Part shown: piece by piece, positions 58,577 to 64,000 of the stretch
Position numbering within the stretch: position 1 is the stretch's first letter
Layout: each line of letters starts with the position of its first letter
The notes under the pieces: model-generated
Told to the model about the DNA's origin: nothing
Databases searched by the model: none
Seen by the model: the letters and a program-made list of their open reading frames with translations, nothing else
Position numbers and translations under genes: made by a program
Origin: an uncultured Clostridia bacterium
Lineage (GTDB): Bacteria; Bacillota; Clostridia; Christensenellales; UBA3700
Assembly: GCA_945992255.1 (NCBI GenBank)
Contig: CAMFVQ010000027.1
Location: forward strand, 24,026 to 88,025
Direction of reading: 5' to 3'
Length of the DNA: 64,000 bases

Positions 58577-58936
58577 ATGCGTAAATTTAATGTTAATGTA
58601 AATGGCAAAAATTATGCCGTAGAAGTTGAAGAAGTTGGTGGCGTAGCTACCGCACCAGTAGTTCCAGTAGCTGCTGCCCCAGTACAAGCTGCTGCTCCAG
58701 CACCAGCTGCCGCTCCACAAGGTGCAGGCAAGCCAGTCAATGCTCCTATGCCAGGTCTTGTAAAGAAACTTTGCTTTGACAATGGTGCAATCGTTAAGGA
58801 AGGCGATACAATCGTAATTTTGGAAGCAATGAAAATGGATACTCCAGTTGTTGCAAGCGTTAGCGGTGTTATCACTTATTCTACAACTGCAGGTTCAAAC
58901 GTAGACACAGGTGCTGTTCTTTGTACAATAGCATAA
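58577..58936 (+). CDS. biotin carboxyl carrier protein (biotinyl domain)
   Basis: Ala/Pro-rich linker, then the EAMKMDT biotinylation motif. Confidence 0.9.
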   Translation: MRKFNVNVNGKNYAVEVEEVGGVATAPVVPVAAAPVQAAAPAPAAAPQGAGKPVNAPMPGLVKKLCFDNGAIVKEGDTIVILEAMKMDTPVVASVSGVITYSTTAGSNVDTGAVLCTIA

Positions 58937-58949
58937 TTTTGGAGGAATA

Positions 58950-60425
58950 ATGGTCAACTTTTTTACTACACTACCATCGTTTAGTATGTTGGAGTCGCTC
59001 AAAAACTTGTGGGAAAGCACTGGTTTTATGACAAGTTTGACACCAATATGGCAAAACCTCATTATGATAGGTATTGCTTGTGTGTTGATTTACTTGGCAG
59101 TTGCTAAGGAATTTGAGCCAAACCTCCTTCTTGCTATCGGATTCGGTATGTTTATTATCAATATTCCTGGTGCGTACAGCATATTGTATGGTACTCTCGG
59201 ATACAAAGTTTCCTTTGTAGGCACTCCAGAACAACTCGAGGCACTCAAATCATTGGGCTTTGTAAATGAGGCAGGACAATATCTTACTGCAAATGGGGAG
59301 ATTATATCGGGTACAGTAAAAGAACTTGCTAAGCTTTTGGGCGTGACTTTCCAAGAAGGAATGAGCGCAACTGCCCAATACAATGCAGTTCATACAGCAA
59401 TCGAACAAGTTGTAGCTGGCTACCAAAGCCAAATAGATGGCAACGCACTATTTGAAGGTGTAAATCTTGTAAAAGGTCTCAACCTTACCCACGAAGTTGT
59501 TGCTGATCAAGGCTTGTTCTTCTATCTATACAAAGGTGTAGAGTGGGTTATCTATCCACCACTTATATTCTTGGGCATTGGTGCTATGACCGACTTTGGT
59601 CCACTTATCGCCAATCCAAAGAGCTTGTTTATGGGTGCAGCTGCCCAACTTGGTATCTTCATCACATTCATCATTGCAATCAACATTGGCTTTACTGGTG
59701 AAGAAGCTGCTGCTATCGGTATCATCGGTGGTGCAGACGGACCTACAGCTATCTATGTAACTGTAAAACTTGCTGCTCACTTGTTGCCAGCTATTGCAGT
59801 TGCGGCATACTCATACATGGCACTCATCAAGGTTATCCAACCACCTATTATGAAACTTATGACCACCAAGAAAGAGCGTCAAATCGTTATGGAACAACTT
59901 CGTCCAGTATCAAAGACAGAGAAAGTTGTATTCCCAATCGCTGTTACTGGTATCGTAGGTATCATTCTTCCATCAGCTATTCCACTACTTGGTATGCTTA
60001 TGCTTGGTAACCTTATGAAAGAATCAGGCGTTGTTCCTAGACTTGTCAACACCGCAAAGAACGAACTCATCAACATCGTTACAATCTTGCTTGGTGTACT
60101 TGTAGGTACTAAGGCTACTGCGGACGTATTCTTGAATCCACAAACACTTCTTATCGTCGTTATTGGTGTATTCGCATTCTCATTCGGTACAGCAGGCGGA
60201 CTTCTTATCGGTAAGATTATGTGCAAGTTGTCAGGTGGCAAAATCAACCCACTTATCGGTTCTGCTGGTGTATCAGCCGTTCCAATGGCAGCGAGAATTT
60301 CGCACAATGTAGGACAAGAAGAAAATCCAAACAACTATTTGCTTATGCACGCTATGGGACCTAACGTAGCAGGTGTTATCGGTTCAGCTGTTGCTGCCGG
60401 CGTACTCCTCGCTATCTTCGCATAA
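58950..60425 (+). CDS. sodium ion-translocating decarboxylase beta subunit (OadB/MmdB/GcdB family)
   Basis: GAMTDFGPL, GIIGGADGPTAIY, AAYSYMAL, SAGVSAVPMAAR and LMHAMGPNVAGVIGSA motifs. Confidence 0.93.
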   Translation: MVNFFTTLPSFSMLESLKNLWESTGFMTSLTPIWQNLIMIGIACVLIYLAVAKEFEPNLLLAIGFGMFIINIPGAYSILYGTLGYKVSFVGTPEQLEALKSLGFVNEAGQYLTANGEIISGTVKELAKLLGVTFQEGMSATAQYNAVHTAIEQVVAGYQSQIDGNALFEGVNLVKGLNLTHEVVADQGLFFYLYKGVEWVIYPPLIFLGIGAMTDFGPLIANPKSLFMGAAAQLGIFITFIIAINIGFTGEEAAAIGIIGGADGPTAIYVTVKLAAHLLPAIAVAAYSYMALIKVIQPPIMKLMTTKKERQIVMEQLRPVSKTEKVVFPIAVTGIVGIILPSAIPLLGMLMLGNLMKESGVVPRLVNTAKNELINIVTILLGVLVGTKATADVFLNPQTLLIVVIGVFAFSFGTAGGLLIGKIMCKLSGGKINPLIGSAGVSAVPMAARISHNVGQEENPNNYLLMHAMGPNVAGVIGSAVAAGVLLAIFA

Positions 60426-60448
60426 GCCACACACAGAGAGGTATTATT

Positions 60449-61846
60449 ATGGTAAAAATTACAGAAACAATATTGCGTGATGCACACCAATCCCAAGCTG
60501 CTACCAGAATGAGATTGGACGAAATGTTGCCAATGGCTGCCCAATTGGACAGTGTTGGTTATTACTCAATCGAGTGTTGGGGCGGTGCTACATTCGATGC
60601 TTGTCTTAGATTTTTGAATGAAGATCCATGGGAAAGACTTAGAGCATTGAGAAAAGCTATGCCAAACACCAAACTCCAAATGCTTTTGCGTGGTCAAAAC
60701 ATTTTGGGATATAAGCACTATGCTGACGACGTTGTAGACGAATTCGTAAAGAAATCTATCGAAAATGGTATTGATATTATCCGTATTTTCGACGCTCTCA
60801 ACGACAAGAGAAATATGGAACAAGCTATCAAGAGCTGTAAAAAATACGGCGGTATCTGCGAGGCTACTATCTCTTACACCACAAGCCCAGTTCATACCAA
60901 CGAGTACTTTGTACAACTTGCAAAAGACCTCGAAGATATGGGTGCTGACAATATTTGTATCAAAGATATGGCAGGCATTTTGCTTCCATACGTTGCTTAC
61001 GACCTTGTAAAAGAGATGAAGAAAGTCCTCAAAAAGGATACTCTCATTCACTTGCACACTCACCAAACTGCTGGCACAGGTAACCTTACTTATCTAAAAG
61101 CTATCGAGGCTGGAGTAGATATCATCGACACAGCACTCAACGCTCTCGGCAATGGTACATCTCAACCTTCTACAGAGTCTATGGTTGCAGTACTTCAAAA
61201 CACAGAGTATGATACCAAGCTTGACCTGAAGCTTCTCAACGAAATCTCCAACGAGTTTATTCCTGTTGCAGAAAGACTTAAAAAAGATGGTTGGCTCACA
61301 GAAAAATCTATCAAAACCGATGTTAAGGCACTTATTTACCAAGTTCCTGGTGGTATGCTTTCCAACCTTGTTGGACAACTCAAAAAGCTCGGCGCTATGG
61401 ACAAATTCGACCAAGTGCTTGCTGAAGTTCCAAATGTAAGAAAAGACCTTGGTTATCCACCACTTGTTACTCCTACTAGCCAAATCGTTGGTACTCAAGC
61501 AGTGTTCAACGTAGTTAGCGGAGAGAGATACAAGGTTGTATCTGCAGAAACAAAGGGCTTGCTAAAAGGCGAATATGGTCATCTTCCAGCTGAGCCAAGT
61601 GCAGAGATTGTTAAGCAAATTTTGGGCGATACAGAGCGTATCACTTGCAGACCTGCTGACCTTCTCGAGCCAGAACTTGCTAAGTATAGAGAAGAAATCA
61701 AAGAGTATATCGAACAAGATGAGGACGTTTTGTCTTACGCATTGTTCCCACAAGTTGCTCTCAACTTCTTCAAGTACAGACAAGCCAACAAATATCATGT
61801 TGACAGTGCAGTAGCTGACCCAGCAAAGGGCATTCAAATTGTCTAA
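60449..61846 (+). CDS. oxaloacetate decarboxylase alpha / pyruvate carboxylase subunit B-type (5S) carboxyltransferase, no biotinyl domain
   Basis: N-terminus ITETILRDAHQSQAATRMR and the HLHTHQTAG metal-site motif. The protein ends without an AMKM motif. Confidence 0.9.
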   Translation: MVKITETILRDAHQSQAATRMRLDEMLPMAAQLDSVGYYSIECWGGATFDACLRFLNEDPWERLRALRKAMPNTKLQMLLRGQNILGYKHYADDVVDEFVKKSIENGIDIIRIFDALNDKRNMEQAIKSCKKYGGICEATISYTTSPVHTNEYFVQLAKDLEDMGADNICIKDMAGILLPYVAYDLVKEMKKVLKKDTLIHLHTHQTAGTGNLTYLKAIEAGVDIIDTALNALGNGTSQPSTESMVAVLQNTEYDTKLDLKLLNEISNEFIPVAERLKKDGWLTEKSIKTDVKALIYQVPGGMLSNLVGQLKKLGAMDKFDQVLAEVPNVRKDLGYPPLVTPTSQIVGTQAVFNVVSGERYKVVSAETKGLLKGEYGHLPAEPSAEIVKQILGDTERITCRPADLLEPELAKYREEIKEYIEQDEDVLSYALFPQVALNFFKYRQANKYHVDSAVADPAKGIQIV

Positions 61847-61857
61847 TTGAAACAAAT

Positions 61858-61884
61858 AAAGCTCAACTTCGGTTGAGCTTTTTT
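61858..61884 (+). terminator. intrinsic terminator after the decarboxylase operon
   Basis: AAAGCTCAAC-ttcg-GTTGAGCTTT followed by TTT. Confidence 0.9.
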
Positions 61885-62023
61885 GGTAGCGATTTTATTT
61901 ATTCGGCGATATGTAATATTGATTTTATATATAAAAGCATTGTATTGTCAAAATTTTGCAAAACCTACCAACAAAATACATTATTATATTTACTTATTTA
62001 CTTTATTTTGTTAGAATAAGTTT

Positions 62024-62764
62024 ATGGATATTTTATTGGTAAATGATGATGGTGTTTATGCAAAGGGTATTCTAACTTTGGCAAAACACTTGTCCCAATC
62101 TCACAATGTAGTTGTAGTCGCTCCGCACAGCCAAATGTCAGGCAAGAGCCATTCGATGACTTTCCATGATTATGTCAACGTTATCAAACTTGATATAGTG
62201 GAGGGCATCGATTTTTATGCACTCTCAGGCACTCCTGCCGATTGTGTAAAATTCGGTATCGAAATGGTGCTAAAACACAATCCTGACCTTGTAATCAGCG
62301 GTATCAACAATGGCTTCAATCTTGGCACTGATGTTGCATATTCTGGCACAGTGGGCGCTTGTATGGAGTCGGGTCTTATGGGCGTTCCGTCTATTGCCAT
62401 ATCCCAAAATTATCACTTGAAAGATTTTGATTTTTCGGCAAATTTTCTTTGCGAAAAGCTTGACCAACTCTTTAGCATTATCAAGGGAAGCAACAAGATT
62501 TTATCTATCAACTTGCCTTATGACAATGCACAAGATATCAAAGGTGTTCGTTTTGCAAAGGTTGGCGTTCACCAATACACGGACAATTATGTTGATTGTG
62601 GAATCGATGGATATATGCTCACAGGTGAGCCTATCGAAGATATAGAAAACGATGATGATGCCGATGTCAAATATATTCGACAAGGCTATATCACCATAAG
62701 CCCAATCAAGCCTGATTTTACCGACAACCAAACATACAATATGCTCAAAGGTGTAAAGCTATGA
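62024..62764 (+). CDS. surE: 5'/3'-nucleotidase SurE
   Basis: ILLVNDDGVYAKGI N-terminal motif and SGINNGFNLG. Confidence 0.93.
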   Translation: MDILLVNDDGVYAKGILTLAKHLSQSHNVVVVAPHSQMSGKSHSMTFHDYVNVIKLDIVEGIDFYALSGTPADCVKFGIEMVLKHNPDLVISGINNGFNLGTDVAYSGTVGACMESGLMGVPSIAISQNYHLKDFDFSANFLCEKLDQLFSIIKGSNKILSINLPYDNAQDIKGVRFAKVGVHQYTDNYVDCGIDGYMLTGEPIEDIENDDDADVKYIRQGYITISPIKPDFTDNQTYNMLKGVKL

Positions 62765-63990
62765 AAGTTGTTGTAATTGGCGGAGGAGCAAGCGGAATAT
62801 TTTGTAGCGGACTGGTGGCTAGCTTTGGTCACGAGTGTGTTTTGCTAGAAAAAAACGAGCGAATTGGCAAAAAAATGTACATAACAGGCAAGGGAAGATG
62901 TAATGTAACCAATTGTTGCGATGTGAGCGAATTCCTTGAAAATGTTGTGACCAATCGAAAGTTTTTGATGTCATCAATATACAAATTTTCGCCTTTCGAC
63001 ACTATGGATTTCCTAGCAAGCAATGGACTTGATATCAAAGTCGAGCGTGGCAATCGAGTTTTTCCGACTAGCGACAAAGCAAATGACGTCATCAACACTT
63101 TCGAGAATTTTGCTCGCAAAAACAATGTGCAAATCAAGTTAAATACCAAAGTCGTGGATATTTTGACACGAGATAATCGAGTAGTTGGAGTAGTGACAGA
63201 CAAGGGCAAAATCGAGTGCGATGCAGTCGTTGTGGCAACTGGTGGCAAGTCATATACAACCACAGGTTCGACAGGAGATGGCTACACTTGGGCAAAAAGG
63301 CTGGGTCACAATATTGTCACTCCAAAGCCGGCACTCTCGGCACTCAAAACAAGCGGAGTTGATGGATTGGCAGGATTGTCGCTCAAAAATGTGAGAGCAA
63401 CTATTTTCGATGGTGACAATGAGCTAGATAGTGATTTTGGAGAAATGTTGTTTACTCATACTGGGGTGAGCGGTCCGATCATTTTGTCACTTTCGAGCAA
63501 AATTGCCAAATTCTATCAAAATGGCAAATTCAGCAAAAAATTGGCTGTTGGCATTGATCTAAAACCAGCACTTGATATGGACACTTTAGAGAGTAGAATA
63601 CTCAGAGAATTGTCGGACAATATCAATTGTACAATCAAGAATATTTTGCCTTCACTTATGCCAAAATCGCTGATTCCGTTGGTGCTATCACAAGCCAAAA
63701 TATCACAAACAACGGTGGCAAATTCTATCACCAAAGAACAGCGAAAGAGCCTAGAGAGGGTGATCAAATGTATCAAATTGGATATTTTGGATATGGAAAA
63801 GCTAGAGTTTGCCATTGTGACAAGTGGCGGAGTAGATGTCAAACAAATTGACCCAAAGGATATGCAAAGTAAGCTTGTAAAAGGCTTGTATTTTGTCGGT
63901 GAAGTGCTTGATGTCGATGCTTTGACTGGCGGATATAACCTACAAATAGCTTTTTCGACAGCTTATGCGATGGCGAGCAGTATCAAGTAA
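62761..63990 (+). CDS. NAD(P)/FAD-dependent oxidoreductase (HI0933/YhiN/BaiN-like flavoprotein)
   Basis: N-terminal VIGGGASG dinucleotide fold and C-terminal GEVLDVDALTGGYNLQ. 409 aa. Confidence 0.85.
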   Translation: MKVVVIGGGASGIFCSGLVASFGHECVLLEKNERIGKKMYITGKGRCNVTNCCDVSEFLENVVTNRKFLMSSIYKFSPFDTMDFLASNGLDIKVERGNRVFPTSDKANDVINTFENFARKNNVQIKLNTKVVDILTRDNRVVGVVTDKGKIECDAVVVATGGKSYTTTGSTGDGYTWAKRLGHNIVTPKPALSALKTSGVDGLAGLSLKNVRATIFDGDNELDSDFGEMLFTHTGVSGPIILSLSSKIAKFYQNGKFSKKLAVGIDLKPALDMDTLESRILRELSDNINCTIKNILPSLMPKSLIPLVLSQAKISQTTVANSITKEQRKSLERVIKCIKLDILDMEKLEFAIVTSGGVDVKQIDPKDMQSKLVKGLYFVGEVLDVDALTGGYNLQIAFSTAYAMASSIK

Positions 63991-64000
63991 ATATCACTTG

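Overview
AT-rich core-chromosome segment with almost all genes on the plus strand. It looks like a Clostridia-type Firmicute of the endospore-forming lineage; I infer this from the SCIFF/ScfB pair, the YtxC-, YtfI/YtfJ-, SpoIIM- and PdaB-like genes, and Bacillus-type gene order. I can support about 58 protein genes, one tRNA-Leu(GAG), a Thr-specific T-box leader, an L20-type leader/attenuator before infC, about a dozen near-consensus sigma-A promoters and about 18 intrinsic terminators. Gene blocks in order: polA-coaE | cyclase and mscS (minus strand) | GPH-type transporter | tRNA-Leu | orphan TerB-like gene (minus) | ytxC-thrS | infC-rpmI-rplT-trmH | yebC-proA-ruvCAB-queA-tgt-yajC-small membrane protein | scfA-scfB | secDF-recJ-rel-dtd-MBL-hemZ | rpsO-pnp-deacetylase-M16-ftsK-rimO-pgsA-cinA-recA-rny | spoIIM-like (minus), deoB, dac, lysA, M50, scpAB, ytfIJ, dac, rluB | five-gene biotin/Na+ decarboxylase operon | surE and an FAD oxidoreductase. 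I saw no transposase, integrase, phage, CRISPR or recognisable defence genes, so this is mostly ordinary housekeeping DNA. Four things deserve a second look. (1) A 57-codon SCIFF-type six-Cys peptide gene, missing from the supplied ORF track, sits 10 nt upstream of its radical SAM/SPASM maturase and carries an unusual basic C-terminal tail. (2) The decarboxylase operon encodes both a divergent acyl-CoA (12S-type) and an oxaloacetate/pyruvate (5S-type) carboxyltransferase around one BCCP and one Na+ pump. (3) Degenerate 44-60 bp intergenic tandem repeats lie at the junctions between conserved gene blocks. (4) Consensus promoters directly abut start codons, suggesting possible leaderless mRNAs. 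I do not see compelling evidence for a wholly new multi-gene system. The novelty statements below are hypotheses that need database searches I cannot run.
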